Assembly (NCBI GenBank): GCA_048887225.1
Contig: JBHLJY010000003.1
Span: 128,001-192,000, forward strand
DNA: 64,000 nucleotides
Direction of reading: 5' to 3'
Source of the DNA: Candidatus Hodarchaeota archaeon
GTDB taxonomy: Archaea; Asgardarchaeota; Lokiarchaeia; Sigyniarchaeales; SOKP01
In this document: piece by piece, positions 19,613-29,648 of the stretch
Layout of the letters: every line of letters starts with the position of its first letter
How positions within the stretch are numbered: the first letter of the stretch is position 1
The notes under the pieces: model-generated
What the model was told of the DNA's origin: nothing
Database searches by the model: none
The model's input: the letters and a program-made list of their open reading frames with translations, nothing else
Translations under genes and position numbers: made by a program

Positions 19613-20404
19613 ATGAGTGATTATGAAGATATAATTTATGAAGTGAAGGATAGAATTGCCCGGATAACTATCAATCGACCTCAACGTTATAATGCATGCA
19701 CCCAGCAAACCGTCCATGAATTAATTGATGCGTTTGATCGCTGCATGGGCAGTGAAATTGGTGTCGTGGTTTTCACTGGCGCTGGAGAAAAGGCTTTTTG
19801 TACTGGTGGGGATCAGGCTACCCGTGAGAAGGGTGGATATAAGGGAGGACATATGCTACCTCTAGAAGTAGGTTGGCAGCGCGTGACTCTTCTGATTCGC
19901 ACCCTACCCAAGCCAGTCATCGCTCGAGTAAATGGTTACGCAATTGGCGGAGGTCATGTATGGCATGTTAATTGTGATCTTAGTATTGCGGCGGAGCATG
20001 CGCAATTAGGCCAAGCAGGACCACGAGTTGGATCTTTTGATCCTGGTTATGGAACGGGCGATTTAATGCGAGCAGTAGGTGTGAAGCGTGCTAAAGAAAT
20101 TTGGTATCTATGCCGTCGATATACTGCACAACAGGCATTGGAGATGGGACTTGTGAACGCTGTTGTACCCTATGAAAAATTAGATGAGGAAGTGGAAAAT
20201 TGGTGTCAAGAACTGTTAGAGAAGAGCCCAACGGCTCTGAAAATGCTGAAGTATTCTTTTTTGGCTGAAACTGATGGGGTGTCTGGCATCACACATTTGG
20301 GAGTTGGCGGCTTGTCTCTTTACTATGGCACAGACGAGGCTGTGGAAGGAAAGAATGCATTTATAGAGAAGCGAAAAGCCGATTTTAACCAATTCAGAAA
20401 ATAG
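19613..20404 (+). CDS. MenB/BadI-like crotonase (naphthoyl-CoA synthase or 2-ketocyclohexanecarboxyl-CoA hydrolase)
   Basis: FCTGGDQ, GYAIGGGH, GPRVGSFDPGYG, EIWYLCRRY, EGKNAF. Confidence 0.85.
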   Translation: MSDYEDIIYEVKDRIARITINRPQRYNACTQQTVHELIDAFDRCMGSEIGVVVFTGAGEKAFCTGGDQATREKGGYKGGHMLPLEVGWQRVTLLIRTLPKPVIARVNGYAIGGGHVWHVNCDLSIAAEHAQLGQAGPRVGSFDPGYGTGDLMRAVGVKRAKEIWYLCRRYTAQQALEMGLVNAVVPYEKLDEEVENWCQELLEKSPTALKMLKYSFLAETDGVSGITHLGVGGLSLYYGTDEAVEGKNAFIEKRKADFNQFRK

Positions 20405-21264
20405 TGAGGAAAATGGAAATTAGAAAAGTTTGTATTATAGGAGCTGGCATAATGGGAGCAGGAATCGCACAATTAGCAGCAACTCATGAGTATGACGTGA
20501 CCCTAGTAGATATAAATGAAGATATTTTAAATAAAGCAAAAAATGCTGTTGAAAAAAATCTAAATAAATTTTTTGTCGCAAAAAATAAAATAACTATTGA
20601 AGAAGCGGATAATATCCTTAATAGAATTGATTTAAACGTAAATAGAGATGAAGCTGTAAAAGATGTGCAGATGGTCATAGAAGCTGTATTTGAAGATATG
20701 TCTTTAAAACAACAACTATTTTCAGATTTAGATTCAATCTGCGATAAAAATGTAATATTGGCATCTAATACTTCCTCTTTAAGTATAACAGATATAGCAT
20801 TGAAATCTAAAAATCAAGAAAGAATTATAGGAATACATTTTTTCAATCCAGCGCCTGTTATGAAATTAATAGAACTGATAAAAGGTAAGAAAACTTCTGA
20901 GGAAGTTTTTGAAACATCAAAAAAATTTTCTGAGAGTTTAGGTAAAACTGTAGTGACCGTAAAAGATGCTCCTGGTTTCGTGACAACTCGGCTCATTTAT
21001 GTTTTATGTAATGAAGCTGCGAATATAAAAATGGAAGGAATCGCCAGCTCAAAAAATATTGATATTGCTTGTAAATTAGCTTTCAATTTTCCTATGGGCC
21101 CATTGGAACTCAGTGATCTCGTGGGCAACGATATATATCTACATATTGGAGAATATTTAGAAAAGGAATTCGGAGAAAAATATAAACCGAGCGTTCTTCT
21201 AAAAAAAATGGTTGATAACAAATTTTTGGGCAGAAAATCTAAAAAAGGATTTTACGACTATTAA
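20404..21264 (+). CDS. hbd: 3-hydroxyacyl(butyryl)-CoA dehydrogenase
   Basis: GAGIMGAGIA, EAVFE, SNTSS, HFFNPAP, PMGPL. Confidence 0.9.
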   Translation: MRKMEIRKVCIIGAGIMGAGIAQLAATHEYDVTLVDINEDILNKAKNAVEKNLNKFFVAKNKITIEEADNILNRIDLNVNRDEAVKDVQMVIEAVFEDMSLKQQLFSDLDSICDKNVILASNTSSLSITDIALKSKNQERIIGIHFFNPAPVMKLIELIKGKKTSEEVFETSKKFSESLGKTVVTVKDAPGFVTTRLIYVLCNEAANIKMEGIASSKNIDIACKLAFNFPMGPLELSDLVGNDIYLHIGEYLEKEFGEKYKPSVLLKKMVDNKFLGRKSKKGFYDY

Positions 21265-21308
21265 CTAGTAGTTCAAACCCTTAATTATTTTCTTTTACTT
21301 CAACTTTT

Positions 21309-22451
21309 TTATTTTAACTCTTCCCGTGCAATAACTAGGTTTTGTATTTCAGAAGTTCCGCCCCCGATCATAAAGAACTTAGCATCTCTCATATATCGTT
21401 CGACGGAATAATCATCTGTATATCCATCTCCTCCATGAATCTGAACGGCTTCTGACGTGATTTCAACAGCACTTTTACTTGAAAAGGCTTTTGCCATTGA
21501 TGCTTCCTTGGTTATATTTCGATCCATTTCAGCTAATTTTGCCGCGCTATAAGTTAATAATCGCGCAGATTGTAATTTAGTAGCCATTTCTGCTATTTTT
21601 AATCTAATCATTTGAAATGAAGATATTGGTCTATTAAATTGAATTTTCTTTTTTGCGTAATGTTTTGAATCTTCTAAAGCAGCCAAAGATATTCCGTTAC
21701 ATTCAGAACTCAATGTTAATCTTTCTACATTAAATGTAGCCATTAAACTTTGAAATGCGCTTCCTTCTTCACCGATCAAATTTTCTTTTAAAACCTCTAC
21801 ATCTTCAAAGTGAAGTATTCCATTATATATACCATTTATTCCCATTAATCCATAAGGATTTTCGATTGTAAAACCTGGAGTCTCTTTTTCCACGATAAAT
21901 ACACTCATTCCATTTCTTGGATTCACATTCGGATTAGTAATACACCAAATAAAATAATAATCAGCGATTCCTGCGTTTGTAATGAATCGTTTAGAACCAT
22001 TTAAAAGGTATGAGTCTCCTTTTTTTTCAGCTGTGGTTTTTATACCTGCTACATTAGAACCAGCTTCTTTTTCTGTAACACAGATAGCGCATAATTTCTC
22101 ACCAGTAGCCATTTTTTTTAAGAAATTTTCTTTTTGATATTCATTTCCATTTTGAGTAACTAGATAGCTCATTAATATACATGGAGTTCGTGTCACAGAA
22201 ACTGCTACATTTACTCTTGATATTTCTTCGGTTATCAGGCAATGGGCAACCATTCCTTGCTCTAATCCCTCATACTTTTTAGGAATTAGAGGGCCAATTA
22301 ATCCCTTTTTTCCAAGCTTTTTTATTAATGTAAGAGGTATTTTCTTTTTTTGATTAATATCATCTTTAATTGGCTCTAATTCTTTCAATAACCATTCTCT
22401 TAAATCCTCTTGTAAGGCGTAATGTTTCTCTGAAAAAAATAATTCGTTCAT
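21309..22451 (-). CDS. Acyl-CoA dehydrogenase
   Basis: TEKEAGSN, NGSKRFITN, QFNRPI..FQ, QIHGGDGY, GGTSEIQ. Confidence 0.92.
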   Translation of the reverse strand: MNELFFSEKHYALQEDLREWLLKELEPIKDDINQKKKIPLTLIKKLGKKGLIGPLIPKKYEGLEQGMVAHCLITEEISRVNVAVSVTRTPCILMSYLVTQNGNEYQKENFLKKMATGEKLCAICVTEKEAGSNVAGIKTTAEKKGDSYLLNGSKRFITNAGIADYYFIWCITNPNVNPRNGMSVFIVEKETPGFTIENPYGLMGINGIYNGILHFEDVEVLKENLIGEEGSAFQSLMATFNVERLTLSSECNGISLAALEDSKHYAKKKIQFNRPISSFQMIRLKIAEMATKLQSARLLTYSAAKLAEMDRNITKEASMAKAFSSKSAVEITSEAVQIHGGDGYTDDYSVERYMRDAKFFMIGGGTSEIQNLVIAREELK

Positions 22452-22686
22452 ACAATCATTCTTGAAATTATTTTTGTGCTTATTTATGATATAAGTTATT
22501 TATATTTTGAGAATATGGATGAACCCATCTTATAATTAATAAAAAAATATTGCTCTTTTCTGTTTTTTCAGTTCAAAAACAAAAAAATAAAGGAATCCTA
22601 AATTTTTTAAGGTAATAAATTGATTTTTAATTATCTTTATTAAATTGGAAAAAACAAATTAGAAAATCTTAAAGTGAAAATATAAA

Positions 22687-23637
22687 ATGGGAATGTTGGA
22701 TGGAAAAGTCGCTCTTATTACTGGCGCCGGTCGTGGACTTGGGCGCGAGGAAGCTTTAGCAATGGCTAAAGAAGGATGTAACTTAGTACTTAATGATTTA
22801 GGTGCGGGGTTTGACGGATCTGGAGGGGAAGCTAAAATTGCTGATTTAATTGTGGATGAGGTTAAGAAGTTGGATGTTAAAGCAGTTGGAAATTATGATT
22901 CCGTTACTGATTTCAATAAAGCAAAAGGCATGATCGACCAAGCGATTTCTGAATTTGGAAAATTAGATATAGTTGTAAATAATGCTGGAATCCTCAGAGA
23001 CCGTATGCTTATCAATATGTCCGAATCAGAATTCGACGATGTGATAGCAGTTCATTTAAAGGGGACATTTAATGTTACCCGACATGCTTGCGCATACTTT
23101 AGAGAACTAGTTAAAGGAAATCCGAAACTGAAATTTCCTGGTAGAATTATCAATACAGCCTCAGATGCTGGATTACTTGGAAATATGGGACAAACCAACT
23201 ATGGAGCAGCAAAAGCAGGAATCGCTGCTTTTACTGTTATAACCTCAATGGAAATGAAAAGAGGTAAATATGCCGCAGTTAACTGTATTGTTCCCGTAGC
23301 TAGAACGCGTTTAACTACTGACGCCACTCCTAAAATGATTGAAATAATGAATAAATTAGATGAACGTGGCTTTGATGTCTTTAATCCTGCTAATATTGCA
23401 CCTATGGTTGTATTTCTTGGATCTGATGATGGGGCTAAAATCAGTGGAGAAGTTTTTAGGGTTGTAGCTGATCGCGTATGGATTTTTCAAGGATGGCATA
23501 CAATAAATTCAATTAATAACGATGGAAAACCATTCACACCACAAAATTTAGCTGAGCGCGTAAAGTCAGAGTTAATGAAGGGAATGCCTAGAAAAGAAAC
23601 TTTGATGGATGCAATTGGTAGTATGATTAAGATGTAA
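22687..23637 (+). CDS. SDR oxidoreductase (MFE-2/HSD17B4 N-domain-like 3-hydroxyacyl-CoA dehydrogenase type)
   Basis: TGAGRGLG, VLNDLG, NNAGILRD, YGAAK. Confidence 0.88.
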   Translation: MGMLDGKVALITGAGRGLGREEALAMAKEGCNLVLNDLGAGFDGSGGEAKIADLIVDEVKKLDVKAVGNYDSVTDFNKAKGMIDQAISEFGKLDIVVNNAGILRDRMLINMSESEFDDVIAVHLKGTFNVTRHACAYFRELVKGNPKLKFPGRIINTASDAGLLGNMGQTNYGAAKAGIAAFTVITSMEMKRGKYAAVNCIVPVARTRLTTDATPKMIEIMNKLDERGFDVFNPANIAPMVVFLGSDDGAKISGEVFRVVADRVWIFQGWHTINSINNDGKPFTPQNLAERVKSELMKGMPRKETLMDAIGSMIKM

Positions 23638-23711
23638 AATTTTTAACTCTTTTTTTTTATCTTATTCGAAAAATATTGAAAAAATTAAAAGAAAAAATAT
23701 TTTAAATTTAT

Positions 23712-24491
23712 TTAATCCCTATCAAATCCTTTCTTTCCTTTTGTTATAGCTTTTTTAGCAACTTTTTTAGCAATATTAGCAGGATCCGCTAATTTTTGTA
23801 TCCCCTGTACAGCTGCGTCACCAGCTTGACCAATTACATCCCCAGTAATAGTACCACCTCCCATAAGCTCCGCAGCTACAACTCCCCCTGCTGGTGTTAA
23901 TGCTGCTGATACTATCATTGTAACCGCTGCAACAGCCACGACTTTAGCAATTTTCTGAGAGGTTGGATGATCTGCTCCTTTCTTGTCCTTTACATCCTCT
24001 CCAACAGCTTCTAGTGCTCTCTTCAATCCTTTTATTAAAGCATTTAAAGCGTCTTCTTTTTTCTCTTCCTTTCCTTTATGAAAAACCCCTTCCTTATAAG
24101 CGTATTCTAGAAACTTAGTTAAAGATTTAAACTTCTTGACTTTTTTATATCCATTCCAATCATCTTCTTTAAAGTTTTTAAGCGCATTTTTAATAGGTCT
24201 ACCTTTATCAACTTGAAACATATATAGATAAGGTTCCTTTTTATCATCTAAATATACGGCTTCATAAATCCAATCTCCAGGTTCTTTGTCTTCTCCAATT
24301 AATATTCTAAAATTTATTTTGTTTGTTTTACCAACTAATCCTTTTGAGAATTTAACCATCGCTACTTCATCTCTTCGAGCCCCTTTAATCTTTTCCGCAA
24401 TCTCATCGGACCTCTTCTCGTCGAAAAAATCATTAAGGGCATCCCAGCCTTCTTCAAATACCTTTTTTGCTATCTTAACTTCTTTTTCCAA
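23712..24491 (-). CDS. Hypothetical protein with charged N-domain and Gly/Ala-rich hydrophobic C-terminal hairpin
   Basis: 259-aa ORF; VVAVAAVTMIVSAALTPAGGVVAAELMGGG segment; Lys-rich tail. Confidence 0.6.
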   Translation of the reverse strand: MEKEVKIAKKVFEEGWDALNDFFDEKRSDEIAEKIKGARRDEVAMVKFSKGLVGKTNKINFRILIGEDKEPGDWIYEAVYLDDKKEPYLYMFQVDKGRPIKNALKNFKEDDWNGYKKVKKFKSLTKFLEYAYKEGVFHKGKEEKKEDALNALIKGLKRALEAVGEDVKDKKGADHPTSQKIAKVVAVAAVTMIVSAALTPAGGVVAAELMGGGTITGDVIGQAGDAAVQGIQKLADPANIAKKVAKKAITKGKKGFDRD

Positions 24492-24672
24492 GAGTAATCA
24501 CTTCAAAATTCGATTTTAGTTTTTTTTTTTATTATAATAATAATAAAAGTATTTATTATTATGTCTAAGGAATCTCGTTGAATTTCAAAAATTTTTAGAC
24601 TTAAATATTATTAAATCTTACTTAATAAATATAGAATTATTATTCACAAAAATATAAGATAAATTGATTCAG

Positions 24673-25026
24673 ATGAGTGAAAAGATATCTAATATTTTAG
24701 AATCCCTTAAAGCGATAAAAGGTGTACACGGAGCTGCCTTAATCGAAAAGTTTGGGTTAATTAAAGGTAGCGCTTTGCCTGGTTGGGTGGACCCTGAAGC
24801 AGTGGCGGCAATGGTAACACTTATTTTGAAAGCCTCTCAAAGAGCAACTAAAGAATTAGAACAGGGAGTTTTTAAAAATGCGACAATTGAGAGTGAAAAG
24901 GGTAAAATTCTCTTTTCAGAAGTTAAGGGTAATATAATTACAATTATTACAACTACAGATTGCAAATTAGGAATCGTAAATTTAAAGTTATCAGCAGCGA
25001 GTTCCGCTTTAGAAAGTATGTTATAA
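24673..25026 (+). CDS. Roadblock/LC7 domain protein
   Basis: Helix-GVHGAALIEKFGL-helix-strands-LG(I)V roadblock pattern, about 117 aa. Confidence 0.82.
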   Translation: MSEKISNILESLKAIKGVHGAALIEKFGLIKGSALPGWVDPEAVAAMVTLILKASQRATKELEQGVFKNATIESEKGKILFSEVKGNIITIITTTDCKLGIVNLKLSAASSALESML

Positions 25027-25053
25027 AACTTTTTTTTCTAATTCCTCTTTCTT

Positions 25054-26514
25054 TTAAACAAATTCTTTTAATAATTTATCCAAAATATCATTTGCTAGTT
25101 CGGGATCTGCTTGTCCTTTTGTTTCCTTCATTATCTTTCCTACTAATGCCATTTTCGCTTTAGGATTTTTGCGATAATCTTCTATTATTTTTGGATTCCC
25201 TTCTATAACGTTCCTACATAAATCTTCTAAAAATTTCTCATCAGCTATTCTTACTTTCCCGCTTTTTTTGATGATAGTTGATATAGGAATTCCTTTCATC
25301 ATCTCATCAATATAAGTTTTTGCAATCTTTGTTGTAATTTTCCCTACTTTAATTAAATTAATTAAATCTACAACTTGCTTCGGTTTTAAGCTGGTTTCTT
25401 TGATCTGTTTATTATTCTCATTCAGCCAACGGGCGACATCATTCATTACCCAATTACAATATAATTTATAATCTTCTTGCTCAAAATTTTTATCAATCTG
25501 AACCCCCTCTTCATAGAAATCTGCAATATTCTTATCGAGAACTAATAAATCAGCATCAAATTCAGAAAGATGATATGCTTCTTGAAGTCTTTTTGATCTA
25601 GCCATTGGCATTTCGGGCATCTGTTTTTTGACGTTTTCAATGAACTCATCATCTAATTCAATTTTCGGTAAGTCTTGTTCTGGATAATATCGATAATCTT
25701 CTTCAAATTCCTTTTTTCTCATTTCGACGGTGATACGTCTTTTTTCATCCCAACCACGTGTCTCTTGAATGAGCGCTTTTCCTCTTTCTATCATTTGTCG
25801 ATGTCTTCTGATTTCCCATTTCAGTGCTCTTTCTACTTCCTTAAAACTATTAATATTTTTTACCTCAACACGGGCGCTCCCTTTAATGGAGATATTTGCA
25901 TCCACTCTGCATGTTCCCTCTATATTTAAATCCGAAATCCCGGTATATTGAATGATACTTTTTAATTGGTTGAGATATTCTCTCGCTTCTTCTGGTGACC
26001 TTATGACGGGGTCGGTAACAATTTCTATTAGAGCGATTCCAGAACGGTTATAATCGACTAAGGTATAAGGCGAAATAGTTATACTCCCTTTATGTACAAG
26101 TCGAGCAGGATCCTCTTCTAGATGAATTCGATTCAGTTTGATATTCTTTTTGATGCCATTAATTTTTATAGGAACAATCCCACCATCCGCAAACGCATTT
26201 CCTCCTAATTTATTATAGAGTGTTAATTGAAAGTTCCTTGCCATATCGGGGTAATAATATTGCTTTCTAAAGAAGAAAATAGATTTATTTATTTTGCATT
26301 CTAAAGCTAACGCCAAACGAGTTGCGAACTCAAGAGCTCTTTTATTTATTAAGGGGAGTATACCTGGGAAGCCAAGACATCCGGGACAAACATACGTATT
26401 TGGTTCTTTTCCGTAATAATCGCTATTACAACCGCAGAAAAATTTAGTTTTTAAATTTGATAATTGAATGTGGGTTTCCAAACCAATAATTACATCCTCA
26501 TAATTTTCAGTCAT
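25054..26514 (-). CDS. gatB: Asp/Glu-tRNA amidotransferase subunit B, second copy
   Basis: GLETH, HLEED, DYNRSG..IEIV, EVKN, DYRY.PE, C-terminal YqeY domain. Confidence 0.92.
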   Translation of the reverse strand: MTENYEDVIIGLETHIQLSNLKTKFFCGCNSDYYGKEPNTYVCPGCLGFPGILPLINKRALEFATRLALALECKINKSIFFFRKQYYYPDMARNFQLTLYNKLGGNAFADGGIVPIKINGIKKNIKLNRIHLEEDPARLVHKGSITISPYTLVDYNRSGIALIEIVTDPVIRSPEEAREYLNQLKSIIQYTGISDLNIEGTCRVDANISIKGSARVEVKNINSFKEVERALKWEIRRHRQMIERGKALIQETRGWDEKRRITVEMRKKEFEEDYRYYPEQDLPKIELDDEFIENVKKQMPEMPMARSKRLQEAYHLSEFDADLLVLDKNIADFYEEGVQIDKNFEQEDYKLYCNWVMNDVARWLNENNKQIKETSLKPKQVVDLINLIKVGKITTKIAKTYIDEMMKGIPISTIIKKSGKVRIADEKFLEDLCRNVIEGNPKIIEDYRKNPKAKMALVGKIMKETKGQADPELANDILDKLLKEFV

Positions 26515-26524
26515 ACAAAAATCC

Positions 26525-28000
26525 TCAATTTTTAATTGCAGGCATTTTTCTAAATATATTTAATTCTTGTTCGAGTAAATAACCAATATTTAGTATTGAT
26601 TTTTCATCCAAATAATTCCCTATTATCTGTATACCGATGGGGAGCTGTTTCTTATCAAACCCGCAGGGTATAGATAATGCTGGCAAACCTGAAAGGTTCG
26701 CAGGACAAGTTAAGCTGTTCATATCATACATTTTTAAAGGTTGATCTATTAATTCGTTAATTTTAAATGCTGTTTTTGGCATTGTAGGAGAGATCAACGC
26801 ATTACATTGTTTCAGAGCATTTTGAATATCATTTTTAATCAATGTCCTAACTTTTTGGGCTTTAATATAAAAAGGCTTGTAATATTTTTTGGTCAATAAA
26901 TAAGTCCCTAACAATGATCTTCTTTTAGCTTCTATACCAAGTTTTTCTCCTCGTGTTTTGCTATATACCTCAAAAACATCTTTTGTTTGATCAAAAAACA
27001 ACATCTTACCGTATCTTAAACCATCAAATTTTGCGATATTTGATGCTTCTTCACTAAGCGCAATTAAAAAATATGCGGGTAAAGCAAATTGGAAATTAGG
27101 AAAGGAGATCTCCAGAAATTCTATCCCCAAATTTTCTAGCTTCTTAATAGCTTTAAATACGACTTCTTTGGTTGAAGGATCAATGTCACCATTAAAAAAT
27201 TCTTTAGGAATTCCAACTATTTTGTTTTCAATACTCTCCTCCAAAAAATCGAAGTAGTTTTCAATTTTTTCATGTAGGGTAGTTGGATCTAATGAGTCGC
27301 GTCCTGCTATGATTTGAAGTAATAACGCACAATCTTTAACACATTTAGTAATTGGACCTATTTGTTCAAGAGAATTTCCATAAGAAGCTAATCCGAATTT
27401 TGATACTAAACCCGTTGTAGGTTTTAATCCAACAACACCACAAAACGAAGCAGTACATCGTATGCTCCCGCCAATATCACTACCGAGAGCAAAAATTGTT
27501 TGTTTCGACGCAACTGCGGCTCCCGAACCTCCACTTGCTCCTCCTGGAACATAATCTAAATTCCATGGATTATAAGTCGCAAAATAGCAACTTGTTTCAG
27601 TGGAACATCCCATTCCGAATTCATCCATGTTAGTACTTCCAATAAATATAGCTGAATCTTTTTCAACTAATTTCTCGATTACAGTTGCGTTAAATGGGGG
27701 AATATAACCTTCTAAAATTTTTGAAGCACAAGTAGTAGGATAGTTTTTAACACAAATACCATCATCGACAACAAGGGGCAATCCAGATAATCTTCCTTTA
27801 AGTTTTTTTTGCTTTAATTTCTTGTCCAATTCTTTTGCTCTAATCAATGCATTTTCCTTGGTTAAATACACGAAGGAATGTAAATAAGGTTCAGTTTCAT
27901 CAATGATTTTAAAAGTATCCTCAATGATTTCTTGAATTGTTAATTCTTTATTGTTTATTTTTTCCAATAATTCATACCCCATAAGTTCCTGCATTTTCAT
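26525..28000 (-). CDS. gatA: Amidotransferase subunit A, second copy with degenerate catalytic triad
   Basis: Full-length GatA homologue, but VVDD replaces AIKD and GGASGGS replaces GGSSGGS. Confidence 0.85.
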   Translation of the reverse strand: MKMQELMGYELLEKINNKELTIQEIIEDTFKIIDETEPYLHSFVYLTKENALIRAKELDKKLKQKKLKGRLSGLPLVVDDGICVKNYPTTCASKILEGYIPPFNATVIEKLVEKDSAIFIGSTNMDEFGMGCSTETSCYFATYNPWNLDYVPGGASGGSGAAVASKQTIFALGSDIGGSIRCTASFCGVVGLKPTTGLVSKFGLASYGNSLEQIGPITKCVKDCALLLQIIAGRDSLDPTTLHEKIENYFDFLEESIENKIVGIPKEFFNGDIDPSTKEVVFKAIKKLENLGIEFLEISFPNFQFALPAYFLIALSEEASNIAKFDGLRYGKMLFFDQTKDVFEVYSKTRGEKLGIEAKRRSLLGTYLLTKKYYKPFYIKAQKVRTLIKNDIQNALKQCNALISPTMPKTAFKINELIDQPLKMYDMNSLTCPANLSGLPALSIPCGFDKKQLPIGIQIIGNYLDEKSILNIGYLLEQELNIFRKMPAIKN

Positions 28001-28183
28001 TAGTATCTAACCGAAATTCATATGATATATATTCTAGAACATTTGTAAAATTAATTTAACTGGTATAATTATGAATTTCTAAAAAATCTCACTAAAATTA
28101 AATCATAACCTATGGGAGTTTTGAAATGTTATAGTCTACAAAAAAGATATAAAATAAGAATAATGGTAAGAGATACTAACTTT

Positions 28184-29638
28184 TTACTTTTTAATAATCC
28201 TTAATATAATTTCCCTTGTTTTTTCTGGATCCAATTGACCTCTGGTTTTTTGCATACATTTTCCTATTAATGCTTCCAACGCTTTAGGATTTTTTTTTAA
28301 ATCCTCAACGATACTTTTATTTTCTTTTATGACATCTCTTACAATTGAAATAATTTTTTCCTCATCGGCGATTCTTTTTTTTCCAGTTTTTTTCATTATT
28401 TCGGAGATGGAGGTTCCTTTCATCATTTCATTGATATATGATTTTGCGATTTTTCCAGTAATCTTTCCTTGCTTGATGAAATTAATCAAATCTATCACTT
28501 GTTTAGGTTTTAACTTAGTTTCTCTTATATGTTTTTTGTTAAAATTTAGCCAGCGCGAGATATCTCCTTTTAACCAATTACAGAATTGTTTATAGTCGTC
28601 TAATTGAAAAGACTTTTGAGATTTTACACCTTCCTCATAGAAGTCGGCAATATCTTTATCTATAACTAGAATTTCTGCATCAAATTCAGACAATCCATAC
28701 TCTTTTTGGAAACGTATAGATCTTGCCTTTGGCATCTCTGGTAATTTATCTTTGATTTCTTTTATGAATTTCTTGTCAATTTCAAAGGGAGGTAGATCTT
28801 GTTCTGGAAAATATCGATAATCCTTTTCAAATTCTTTTGTTCTGAGACCAATAGTTATCCTTCTTTTATCATCCCAATGACGGGTTTCCTGAATTAATTC
28901 TTTACCTCTTTTTAATAAATTCTTTTGTCGCTGAATTTCCCATTTTAACGCTCGCTCAACTTCTTTAAAACTATTTATGTTCTTAACTTCAGATCGTGCA
29001 TGCCCTTTAATTGAAATATTCGCGTCCACACGACAAGACCCCTCTAAATCTAAGTCAGATATGCCTGTATATTGCACAATTGATTTTAATTGTCTTAAAT
29101 ATTCACGAGCCTCCTCAGGAGATTTCATTACAGGGTCAGATACAATTTCTATGAGAGTAACGCCTGAACGATTATAATCAACTAAAGTAAATGGAGATGT
29201 GGCAATCGATCCTTTATGGACTAAGCGCGCAGGATCTTCCTCAAGATGTATCCTATTAAGTTTTAAATCCTTTTTCTTGCCGTCTAATTTTATTGTGATT
29301 TTTCCTCCATCAGCAAAAGCGCTTCCCCCAGCTTTATGAAATTGGGATATTTGGTAGTTTTTCGACATGTCTGGATAGAAGTAATTCTTTCTAAAGAACC
29401 AAAATGATTCATTTATATCACAACCTAATGCTAAAGCCAATCTCGTCGCAAATTCAATAGCCCTCTTATTCACTACAGGTAATGAGCCCGGTAAACCAAG
29501 ACAAATTGGGCAAGTATGAGTATTTGGTCTTGCTCCTCGATAATCGCTATTGCAACTACAAAATAATTTTGTTTTTAAATTTGTGATTTGAATATGGGTT
29601 TCTAATCCTATAATTATGTCCTCATATTTTTTACTCAA
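28184..29638 (-). CDS. gatB: Asp/Glu-tRNA amidotransferase subunit B, first copy
   Basis: GLETH, RKNYFYPD, YQISQ, HLEED, ETRHWD, DYRYFPE. Confidence 0.95.
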   Translation of the reverse strand: MSKKYEDIIIGLETHIQITNLKTKLFCSCNSDYRGARPNTHTCPICLGLPGSLPVVNKRAIEFATRLALALGCDINESFWFFRKNYFYPDMSKNYQISQFHKAGGSAFADGGKITIKLDGKKKDLKLNRIHLEEDPARLVHKGSIATSPFTLVDYNRSGVTLIEIVSDPVMKSPEEAREYLRQLKSIVQYTGISDLDLEGSCRVDANISIKGHARSEVKNINSFKEVERALKWEIQRQKNLLKRGKELIQETRHWDDKRRITIGLRTKEFEKDYRYFPEQDLPPFEIDKKFIKEIKDKLPEMPKARSIRFQKEYGLSEFDAEILVIDKDIADFYEEGVKSQKSFQLDDYKQFCNWLKGDISRWLNFNKKHIRETKLKPKQVIDLINFIKQGKITGKIAKSYINEMMKGTSISEIMKKTGKKRIADEEKIISIVRDVIKENKSIVEDLKKNPKALEALIGKCMQKTRGQLDPEKTREIILRIIKK

Positions 29639-29648
29639 TTCTTTTGCC

